Shown piece after piece: positions 1-10,597 of a DNA stretch of 40,571 nt (positions are counted from its first letter, which is position 1; every line of letters starts with the position of its first letter). Position numbers and translations under genes: made by a program. This DNA comes from Chloroflexota bacterium. Lineage in GTDB: Bacteria > Chloroflexota > Anaerolineae > 4572-78 > NAK82. The notes below the pieces were generated by a model that saw nothing but the letters and a program-made list of their open reading frames with translations, made no database searches and was not told the DNA's origin. The stretch is from positions 1 to 40,571 of the forward strand of contig JAJRXB010000341.1 of the NCBI GenBank assembly GCA_024276515.1, written 5' to 3'.

Positions 1-16
1 CAGTGATCAATTCACC

Positions 17-116
17 AGACTTCGGAAGTCTGCGAAGGGGGTTTCACCCGGCAGGATTGCCTTGCGGTGCGCAGCAACTCTGTCGGCAAAAGTGCTTTGG
101 CGGACTTCCGAAGTCT
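17..116. repeat. Inverted pair of short REP-like palindromes (AGACTTCGGAAGTCT / GACTTCCGAAGTCT)
   Basis: Palindromic motifs at 17-31 and 103-116 in opposite orientation, downstream of ccmF. Confidence 0.6.
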
Positions 117-147
117 CAAGTGTCAAGTGCGTAAGTCCTGTGATTGA

Positions 148-265
148 GAGCGTGTCTGAAAAATGCTCGTAGTGACGACTTCAGTCGTTAATTGCAGGTA
201 TTATTGAGCCAAAACGACTAAAGTCGCTACTACGGACCCTAAACCCTGAATTTTCAGACGCGCTC
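148..265. mobile_element. MITE, IS5/IS1031-like ends, containing a GTAG-type REP doublet
   Basis: TIR GAGCGTGTCTGAAAA (148-162) / TTTTCAGACGCGCTC (251-265), 1 mismatch; TGA on both flanks (145-147, 266-268); internal GTAGTGACGACTTTCAGTCG...CGACTAAAGTCGCTACTAC. Confidence 0.7.
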
Positions 266-325
266 TGAGTGACAAGTAGACGAAGGACGGATGTGAATCT
301 ACTGTTTCACCCTCCCATCGGCCCG

Positions 326-2446
<2,121 letters not shown>

Positions 2447-2467
2447 CACCATCTCCAAATCAGAAAA

Positions 2468-2935
2468 TCAGCGAACTGCTTCTACTTTCTCCTCGGTGAA
2501 GCCACCTTCCTCGTAGCGGGAGGGGCATTTGAGCAAAAGCTCTTGAGCCGTAAACACATTCCCATCGAATTTGCCCTCGACGATGGCTTCGGCGTCGTGG
2601 CGCATCTGGTCGGGCCTGGGCCCGTTGAAGACGACGGGCAGGGTTTCCCCGGTCTCGCCGACGATCTCGAAGCGCAGGATCAGGTCGCGCGAGTTGAAGT
2701 CAATGGTATCGCCCAGCACCTTGCCCGACACACGCACGTTGCGGCCCACAATGGCCGACCCTTTGTCGTGCAGTTCTTCCACGGTCAGAAAGTAGGCGGC
2801 GGTGCTTTGGGTGGCGGTGAAGATGAGGTAGATAATCGCCAGGGCAATCACCGCACCGCCGATGATGAATTTGATGCGTTTGTTGGCCGCGCCGCTGCGG
2901 GCCTGAGATGGGGCTTGAGTTGCCAATTCGGTCAT
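2468..2935 (-). CDS. ccmE: Cytochrome c maturation heme chaperone CcmE (CxxxY variant)
   Basis: N-terminal TM, OB-fold pattern (VRVSGKV, AIVEG), C-terminal LKCPSRY; GGAGG RBS; upstream of ccmF. Confidence 0.93.
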   Translation of the reverse strand: MTELATQAPSQARSGAANKRIKFIIGGAVIALAIIYLIFTATQSTAAYFLTVEELHDKGSAIVGRNVRVSGKVLGDTIDFNSRDLILRFEIVGETGETLPVVFNGPRPDQMRHDAEAIVEGKFDGNVFTAQELLLKCPSRYEEGGFTEEKVEAVR

Positions 2936-2951
2936 TGTTTGTTACCTCCAT

Positions 2952-2998
2952 AGTCTCCAGTCTCCAGTCTCCAATCTCCAGTCTCCAGCCCCCAATCC
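2952..2998. repeat. Heptamer tandem repeat (AGTCTCC)n, ~6 degenerate units
   Basis: agtctcc agtctcc agtctcc aatctcc agtctcc agccccc just upstream of the ccmE RBS. Confidence 0.8.
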
Positions 2999-4743
2999 TA
3001 TGGCCGCACCGACGACCACCACAACCGGGCATCGGCCGGCAAAGGAACGCCTTTGAGGGCGATCAAAAATGGGTAATCACCCACCTGGAGCATTTGATCG
3101 TAGGTAAAGTACCGGTCCAGCTCGAACTGCGGGTACACCTCTTGCATCGCCGCGTACCAGGGCAGACCCTCTGTCTTCTGGTAGTGCCAGTATTCAAACG
3201 CTTTAAAGTGCCAGGTCCAGCTAAAGTCGTCGTCGTGCCACGAGGAGATGCGGGTCCAACCGTATTCGCGGGCCAGGGCGGTGAAGTCCACGTAATAACC
3301 GTGCAGCATCGGCTTTTCGATGCCCCCCTGGTCGGGGGCAAGCTCGGCCCGTGCCCGGTAGCTGTAATCCCAGGTGTTCACGGTGATGGGCCGGCCGCAG
3401 GCTCCACTCTGATCGATGCAGCGCAAGAAGACCCGCCAATAGGTCTCGCCGCCCATGTCGTCGCGAGCGATCTCCATCACCTGGCCGTCGTCGGTGCGAT
3501 ACTCGAACAGGGTGTCCACGGCGCGTCCACTTTTGTGCCAGCTCGCGTATTCCGACGTGTCGTTGAAAAAGTCGTAGGGACGCCACGCCTCCGACACCTG
3601 CCCCAGGAAGTCGTAACCCACTTCGTCGGCCAGCCGGCGACGGAGGGCGCTGTACGAGTCGTCCACCCGGTCGCTCAGGTAGGGGGTCATGGCCGGGGTG
3701 GGCAGGCGCAACCCGGCCACCGGCACCAGGTCCCAGGGTTCGCCGCTGCCACTCTGGCTGGGGGTCAGTTCCTCCACGTACAGGGGCGAAGGTCCGGCGT
3801 CGCTCAGCCCGGCCGCCGGTGTGCCGTAGTCGATGGCAGAGGCGCTCCAGGCGGGACGTCCATCCAGCCAGGCCACTTCGGTCAGGCGGGTGGGCAACTG
3901 GTGCGTTTGGCCGGGAGTCAACCACAAAAGCTGTTCGCCGTCAAAGCGCCGGTGGAGCACCGCCAATCGCTCCCCCTCCGGCGACCAGGTTGGGCCGTCG
4001 TCTCGTCCCAGCCAGGTGACTTGGGTGACCGGCCCGCCGTCGGCGGGCGGGGCGGCGATGGTCATCGTATAAACCTCGCGCTCGCCCAGCCAGTTGCGGA
4101 CGAAAGCCAGCCGGGTCCCATCGGGGCTCCAGGCGGGCCATTCCTCGGCGGCCTGGCTGTTTGTGAGTTGGGCCAGCGCGCCGGTTTCCAAATCCAGCGC
4201 AAACAGGTCCTTGTCGCCCATCCGCCAGGAGGTAAAAGCGATGCGGGTTCCATCGGGACTCCAGGCCGGCGCAAAATCGCCGGCCGGCGAGTCGGCGGTC
4301 AGATTCCAAAGCGCGCCGCTGTCTAAATCTATTGCCCACACGTCCAGGTCGCCGGCGCGAAACGATTCAAAGGCGATTTGCGTCCCATCGGGGCTCCAGG
4401 CGGGTGCGCCGTCGTAGGCCGGGTGATCGGTCAGGCGCGTCTGCCGGCCGGACGTCAGGTCCAGGATGTAAAGGTCCCAGTTTCGATCCCGGCGCGAGGC
4501 AAAGGCCAGCTTCGTTCCATCGGGCGAGTAGGCCGGGTCTCGGTCTTCGTAGGGATCGTCGGTCAGTTGCCGCAAGTCGGCACCGGTTTCATCTGCGCTG
4601 TAAAGGTCCCACTGGCCGCGCCGATAGGCGGCGAAAGCGAGACGCGACGAGTCACCAGCAGCCTGGAGGTCGGGATGCGCCACCATCGGCCATATGAGCA
4701 AAATGACCAGGCCGGCGATGATCTCGTATCTGAGATGTGACAT
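2998..4743 (-). CDS. Exported PD40/TolB-like beta-propeller protein with C-terminal M15-type (DD-peptidase fold) metallopeptidase domain
   Basis: N-terminal hydrophobic segment; repeated PA(W/Y)SPDG motifs; C-terminal SWHKSGRAVD (SxHxxGxAxD) and EYWH (ExxH); start uncertain (4743 or 4773). Confidence 0.8.
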   Translation of the reverse strand: MSHLRYEIIAGLVILLIWPMVAHPDLQAAGDSSRLAFAAYRRGQWDLYSADETGADLRQLTDDPYEDRDPAYSPDGTKLAFASRRDRNWDLYILDLTSGRQTRLTDHPAYDGAPAWSPDGTQIAFESFRAGDLDVWAIDLDSGALWNLTADSPAGDFAPAWSPDGTRIAFTSWRMGDKDLFALDLETGALAQLTNSQAAEEWPAWSPDGTRLAFVRNWLGEREVYTMTIAAPPADGGPVTQVTWLGRDDGPTWSPEGERLAVLHRRFDGEQLLWLTPGQTHQLPTRLTEVAWLDGRPAWSASAIDYGTPAAGLSDAGPSPLYVEELTPSQSGSGEPWDLVPVAGLRLPTPAMTPYLSDRVDDSYSALRRRLADEVGYDFLGQVSEAWRPYDFFNDTSEYASWHKSGRAVDTLFEYRTDDGQVMEIARDDMGGETYWRVFLRCIDQSGACGRPITVNTWDYSYRARAELAPDQGGIEKPMLHGYYVDFTALAREYGWTRISSWHDDDFSWTWHFKAFEYWHYQKTEGLPWYAAMQEVYPQFELDRYFTYDQMLQVGDYPFLIALKGVPLPADARLWWSSVRP

Positions 4744-4833
4744 TTGCGATTTAGTATGTGTGTATTTAACCACAAACGCATTAACCTAAGATTAAAATTG
4801 TGGGGAATTGTGATGCTGCCGGTCGCTACTGTT

Positions 4834-5226
4834 TCACTCGGAGCGACGGCGCCGGGCATATCGGGCCACGATGTTCACCAATTGCTCTGCCTCTACCGGT
4901 TTGGAGAAGATGGCATCGGCGCCCGCCCTTTCGACGATGTTACCCAACTGCGAACCGGGCCCGACCCAGGCCGAAATCACCACGATGGGCACGTCACCGA
5001 TCTTCGTGTCTCGCCGCACACGGTGGATGACTTCGATGCCGTCGGTCCGAGGCATCATCAAGTCCAATAGAATCAAATCAGGGTCCCACTCACGGGCCTT
5101 GTTGATGCCTTCCAGGCCATCGGTGGCTATTTGAATTTCGACGTCGTCGAGTTGATATTCGAGGATCGCGGCCAGAGCATCGGCCTGATCTTTGGCATCC
5201 TCAATGTACAGGATTTTCGTGGACAA
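4834..5226 (-). CDS. Single-domain response regulator (receiver)
   Basis: ILYIED, PDLILLDLMMP (phospho-Asp), ISA, SKP; TTG at 5226 follows GGGAGG (ORF track start 5247). Confidence 0.9.
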   Translation of the reverse strand: MSTKILYIEDAKDQADALAAILEYQLDDVEIQIATDGLEGINKAREWDPDLILLDLMMPRTDGIEVIHRVRRDTKIGDVPIVVISAWVGPGSQLGNIVERAGADAIFSKPVEAEQLVNIVARYARRRRSE

Positions 5227-5410
5227 GGGAGCACCTCCCGCCGTCATACTGAAGGCAATCCAATCAGGTGAAAAGGTTTCCCATCAGGGACGCGCGAAAC
5301 GCAATATTTGCCCCTGGCATAGTGCGTAGTTGAACCTGCCTACATTCTACTCGCTTTGTCGCTCTGTGTCCAATTGTGTCCAATAATGTAGTGGTAGAAA
5401 AGTAAGTGAT

Positions 5411-5495
5411 ATGTCATTGCGAGGGAGTGAAACGGACGAAGCAATCCCCGTTCACCAACGGCTGAGACCGCTTCGCCTCCGGCTCGCGGTGACAT
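5411..5495. repeat. GTCATTGCGAG...GAAGCAATC...CTCGCGGTGAC palindromic intergenic repeat
   Basis: ATGTCATTGCGAG / CTCGCGGTGACAT inverted ends with internal CGAAGCAATC / CGCTTCG pairing; resembles a widespread REP-like family. Confidence 0.65.
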
Positions 5496-5693
5496 GTCGG
5501 CACACTTTTCATACACGAGCCAAGCTTTCAATTTGGGGGCGTCTGTTCGCCCTGTAGCGGGCAGACACATACCATCCTGGCACGGGGTCGGCCTGCCCCT
5601 ACTCGTTTTGAACACACCCTAATCCTACGACCGTAGATGCCCCAGGTGACTGTCACCTTCTGCCCTCCCCAAAGGGGAAGTGCGGTTATAGTA

Positions 5694-6656
5694 CTAATCA
5701 TTCGCCGTTTCGGCGCACCCGCCGCTCTGGGTGTACGTGTCTACCACTGTGCCGTCAATGGCGATGAACTGGTAGGAAATGGTGGTCCGGGTGACCGTCA
5801 CCAGCATGGCGCCGAAATTGGCGTTGTATCGAACCTGACTGCCAGGCACGGGCGATCCAAACGAATATTTGCTGGAGCCCCCCAAACCATTGACGAAATA
5901 GGGGAAGCCGTCGAGGACAATGCGTTCATACGTGTGGTCGTGGCCAGACAGGGCCGCGTCGGCGCCCCAGGTTTGGTACGGCCACTGCATGTAGGTGGTG
6001 GGACCGTGCAACCCGGACGAAAAGGGGGCGTGGTGAAAGTAGACCAGGTTCCAGCACGCGCTGGAGGCAGCCAACTGACTCTGCAACCACGTGGCCTGGG
6101 CCGACGTGCTCGACACGCCGTCCGGTTCGTGGGAGTCGCTGTCGAGGGCGAACAGACGCACCGGTCCCCAGGTGAAATCGTAGTAGCGTTCGTTTCCGGG
6201 CAGTGTGAAATAGTTCAGGTATGGCGCAGCGCCGGAGGTGTACCAATCGTGGTTGCCCAGCGAGGGGAAAAAGAGGTTGGTGGTAGCTCCTGCCCCGTAG
6301 CTCCCGGCGTAGGGATAGATGAACTGGTGGTAGTACTGGCCGATGTTCCGGTCGATGGTCGAGGCAGCGCCGCTGGGATAGTTGTTGTCGCCGGTGGTGA
6401 TGACGAAGTCCGGGTCCCAGCTCTTGACCATATCCGCCACGGCCAGTTCTCCCTGGCCGGCCTGGCCGTAATCACCGATGACGGCAAAGCGGACGCTCTC
6501 GCCCCGCATGATGAGCGGCAGCCAGACGACGACGGTGCCGGTGGGTGTGGGTTGCTCCGTCGCCTCGGGCTGCGGCCCGCCCAGCGATTCCTCGACGAAG
6601 GCCGGCGCGAGGCCCAGGGTCAGCAGCAGACTGATGAACAGAAGCAAACGGTGCAT
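5694..6656 (-). CDS. Secreted calcineurin-like metallophosphoesterase (purple acid phosphatase type)
   Basis: GDYG, GDNNY, GNHD, HHAP, GHDH motifs; signal peptide from MHRLLL with AGGAG RBS. Confidence 0.88.
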   Translation of the reverse strand: MHRLLLFISLLLTLGLAPAFVEESLGGPQPEATEQPTPTGTVVVWLPLIMRGESVRFAVIGDYGQAGQGELAVADMVKSWDPDFVITTGDNNYPSGAASTIDRNIGQYYHQFIYPYAGSYGAGATTNLFFPSLGNHDWYTSGAAPYLNYFTLPGNERYYDFTWGPVRLFALDSDSHEPDGVSSTSAQATWLQSQLAASSACWNLVYFHHAPFSSGLHGPTTYMQWPYQTWGADAALSGHDHTYERIVLDGFPYFVNGLGGSSKYSFGSPVPGSQVRYNANFGAMLVTVTRTTISYQFIAIDGTVVDTYTQSGGCAETAND

Positions 6657-6691
6657 CGTGAGCACTCCTGTTATTGCACTCCCCGGTTTTT

Positions 6692-6720
6692 TTGACATCC
6701 CTCTTTTTGACGTATATAAT
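6692..6720 (+). promoter_or_regulatory. Consensus sigma70 promoter of vapBC
   Basis: TTGACA (6692-6697), 17 bp, TATAAT (6715-6720). Confidence 0.8.
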
Positions 6721-6769
6721 CCTGATTGTCGGACGAAATGTCATTTGTCGGAAAATGGAGGAGTAGTCA

Positions 6770-7021
6770 GTGATCATTACGAAGGTAGGACGTCGAGGTC
6801 AAATCACGCTTCCCCGGCCAATCCGTCGCCAATTGGACTTGCAGGAAGGGGATCGGATCGCGTTTGTGCAACGGGGCGACGAGATCATTTTGCAGCCGCT
6901 CACCAAAACCCTGTTCGATCTGCGGGGCAGTGTTCCCGTGTCTGGGCCTCAGGATTTCGCGACCATCCGGCAGCAGGTAGTCGAGACCCACGCACGAAAG
7001 GTCGTCCAGGATGAAACCTGA
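6770..7021 (+). CDS. AbrB/MazE/SpoVT-family antitoxin
   Basis: KVGRRGQITLP...LDLQEGD AbrB signature; GGAGGAG RBS; overlaps the PIN gene. Confidence 0.9.
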   Translation: MIITKVGRRGQITLPRPIRRQLDLQEGDRIAFVQRGDEIILQPLTKTLFDLRGSVPVSGPQDFATIRQQVVETHARKVVQDET

Positions 7022-7439
7022 GCGCGTCTTGGCCGACACCAACCTGTTCTTGCGCTACCTGACCAACGACGTGCCGGAGCAGGCAGACGCCGTCGAGCAG
7101 TTGCTTCGCCGCGCAGCCGCCGGGGAGATGGTCCTGGTTACTAACAGCCTGGTCATCGCCGAGATTGTGTGGGCCCTGGAATCATTCTATCAACTGCCCC
7201 GAGACGACGTCAAAGACAAGGTGTTGGCGATTCTGAACACGCCCGGCCTGGAGGTCGTGGACGGGGATATGGTATTGCGAGCCATCACCTGGTATGCCGA
7301 GAAGAACGTGGACTGGATTGATGCCCACAACGCGGCCTGGTTGTTGACCCGGCAAATGAGGACGGTATACACCTTTGACCACAAACATTTTGCCCGCTTC
7401 GAGGGGATTACGGTCAAGGTCCCAGGAGAGGAAGGGTAG
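7011..7439 (+). CDS. PIN-domain (VapC-like) toxin
   Basis: ADTNLFLRYL, AE, DWIDA, TFDHKHF acidic PIN residues. Confidence 0.9.
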   Translation: MKPERVLADTNLFLRYLTNDVPEQADAVEQLLRRAAAGEMVLVTNSLVIAEIVWALESFYQLPRDDVKDKVLAILNTPGLEVVDGDMVLRAITWYAEKNVDWIDAHNAAWLLTRQMRTVYTFDHKHFARFEGITVKVPGEEG

Positions 7440-8223
7440 GGCGAACGCCCCTCAAATAGAAATTCATCACCCGATATAGCTGGCGGAATCTTTGAAAAAG
7501 AGAAAACAGCAACCTTTCCGACGGGGAGTAGTAGCGTTTCAACAAACGTTTGTGCTCCTGGCGTAAGACGTATCGATGGAGCTCGCTCTGCCCGCCGGCC
7601 GTGTATCTCACCACGACTTCTGGAATGTGCTTGTAGGCAATCTGCCTTTTCAACAGCCAGAAAAAAAAGAAGTCGTGGTCTGCTTTCAGGCGAAAAGATA
7701 GGTCAAACGCCCGCTCCAGGTAAAGGTCTCTGCTCACAAACCACGACTGCTGGCATATAGAGATCAGAAAGGCAGTGAGGCGATCAAAGGTATCGGGGAA
7801 TCTCAACACACGGCCCTGACCGTTGTCGCCGGCTCCATAGATCGGATGGCGCTGCATGGTCAAAACGTCGCCATAAAAAAAGGGCACTTCTGGGAATTTC
7901 TCGATATAATCAGCCACCGACCGCAGAACATTTTCGTGGATAAAGGTGTCCCCGGCGTTCAGAAAGCAGATGTACCTCCCCCGGCAAAGGGGCAAGGCCC
8001 GATTCATCGCATCGTAAATACCCCCGTCTGGCGCAGAAACCACAGTTGTAACCCCCAAAGCGCGCAACACGTCTACCGTGCCATCGGTCGAACCGCCGTC
8101 TTTGACCACGTATTCGTAGTCCGAAAAAGTTTGGCGATGCACGCTTTGGGCGGTGCGTCGCGCTGCGTCGGCGCAATTCAGGGTGACGGTGACGATGCTG
8201 AACAAGGGCGATTGGGGTCGCAT
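7414..8223 (-). CDS. Glycosyltransferase family 2 (WcaE-like)
   Basis: SIVTVTLN, DGGSTDG, DGGIYDAMN, FLNAGD. Confidence 0.9.
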   Translation of the reverse strand: MRPQSPLFSIVTVTLNCADAARRTAQSVHRQTFSDYEYVVKDGGSTDGTVDVLRALGVTTVVSAPDGGIYDAMNRALPLCRGRYICFLNAGDTFIHENVLRSVADYIEKFPEVPFFYGDVLTMQRHPIYGAGDNGQGRVLRFPDTFDRLTAFLISICQQSWFVSRDLYLERAFDLSFRLKADHDFFFFWLLKRQIAYKHIPEVVVRYTAGGQSELHRYVLRQEHKRLLKRYYSPSERLLFSLFQRFRQLYRVMNFYLRGVRPTLPLLGP

Positions 8224-8232
8224 AGCGTTATC

Positions 8233-9453
8233 CTACCACAGGCTTTGCTTTCTGGCGAAGGCGACCTGACGGGTGTAAACTCCCAACACCCGCTTCAAGC
8301 CGACGCGCAACAGGTGATATGGTTGATACACGGTCAGATTCCACCAATAGCGTCGTGATGAATACGCCCGGGCCGCCTGGGCAAAGGCTTCCTGGTGAGC
8401 CTGGACCGTTTGATCTACCGAAAACTTTCGGGCTTGCCGATAACCAGAGTCTATCAACCGGGTTCGCAAGGTCGCGTCGAACCAAAGCCTTTTGATAGCC
8501 CTGGCGATTTCGTCCGGCGTGGTGGGGTCAAAATAAAGGGCGGCCTCGCCCGCGACTTCCGGTAAGCTTGTGCGATTGGCTGCCGCTATCGGGCAGCCGA
8601 CGGCCATCGCTTCGACCAGGGGGATGCCAAATCCTTCGAACAGTGACGGAAATATCAACAGGCGCGCCCGACGGTACAGGTAGGCCATCTCCTCCACCGA
8701 CACGAAGCCTATTTGATGCACCAGATCGCCCACCCCATACCGGGCCGCCATCTCATTGAGTTGATACCCGCCGTTCACGTCATTCCCGGTAAAAACAGCG
8801 TTGATGGAAAGTCCTTCATGCTCTTTGAGCAACTGCATCGCTCGTAGCAGGCCGTCGTGATTCTTATGCTGCCACCGATTGGCCGGATAGAGGATAAACG
8901 TCTCTGGCAAAGGATGAGAGGGAGCTTTGGCCACTTCGGCGCTGCGATAGTATCGCTCATCAGCGCAGGGATAGGCAACCACCAGCCTATCTGGCCGCAG
9001 ACGATAGTGGTGAGCTATCGTTTGTTTTGAAAACTGTGAGATGGCGATCACCCGATCAGCCAGGTGGCTGGAGACGCGGAGATACCAGTCCCGGTAGAAT
9101 AGGTCCTGTGGCGTGAAGAACTGGGGGTAATACAAATCTTGGGTGTCGGCCAGGGTGATGACCGTAGGGATGGGCGGGAGAGGCAATGGCTGCAATCCGT
9201 TGATCGGGCTGAAGTACACGTCCAGATCGGCCAGATGTCGTCTGATCTGCCCGATATTTTGCAAAAAAACGGCGTCAGCCTGCCAGTGGTCGGTGCCAAG
9301 TTTGGCTAACTCGGGGACGTTGTGTGGAAAGTAAAAGAATACGAAGGTATCAGTCGTGTCACGGATTAACAACTCACGAAAAAGGTTGATGAAATATTGT
9401 CTCATCCCACCGATGTGGGGTTGAAGAAAATAGCAATTGACGCCGATTCTCAC
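8233..9453 (-). CDS. Glycosyltransferase family 4
   Basis: HKNH, FPSLFEGFGIPLVEAMAVG. Confidence 0.92.
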   Translation of the reverse strand: MRIGVNCYFLQPHIGGMRQYFINLFRELLIRDTTDTFVFFYFPHNVPELAKLGTDHWQADAVFLQNIGQIRRHLADLDVYFSPINGLQPLPLPPIPTVITLADTQDLYYPQFFTPQDLFYRDWYLRVSSHLADRVIAISQFSKQTIAHHYRLRPDRLVVAYPCADERYYRSAEVAKAPSHPLPETFILYPANRWQHKNHDGLLRAMQLLKEHEGLSINAVFTGNDVNGGYQLNEMAARYGVGDLVHQIGFVSVEEMAYLYRRARLLIFPSLFEGFGIPLVEAMAVGCPIAAANRTSLPEVAGEAALYFDPTTPDEIARAIKRLWFDATLRTRLIDSGYRQARKFSVDQTVQAHQEAFAQAARAYSSRRYWWNLTVYQPYHLLRVGLKRVLGVYTRQVAFARKQSLW

Positions 9454-9457
9454 AAGG

Positions 9458-10560
<1,103 letters not shown>

Positions 10561-10597
10561 GATTTGTTATGACTGATGAAAAGCAGACGTGCAAACG

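Noticed and set aside
7661-7668. A8 tract in the GT2 gene as a phase-variation switch
   Set aside because: Short, in frame, and explained by a Phe run
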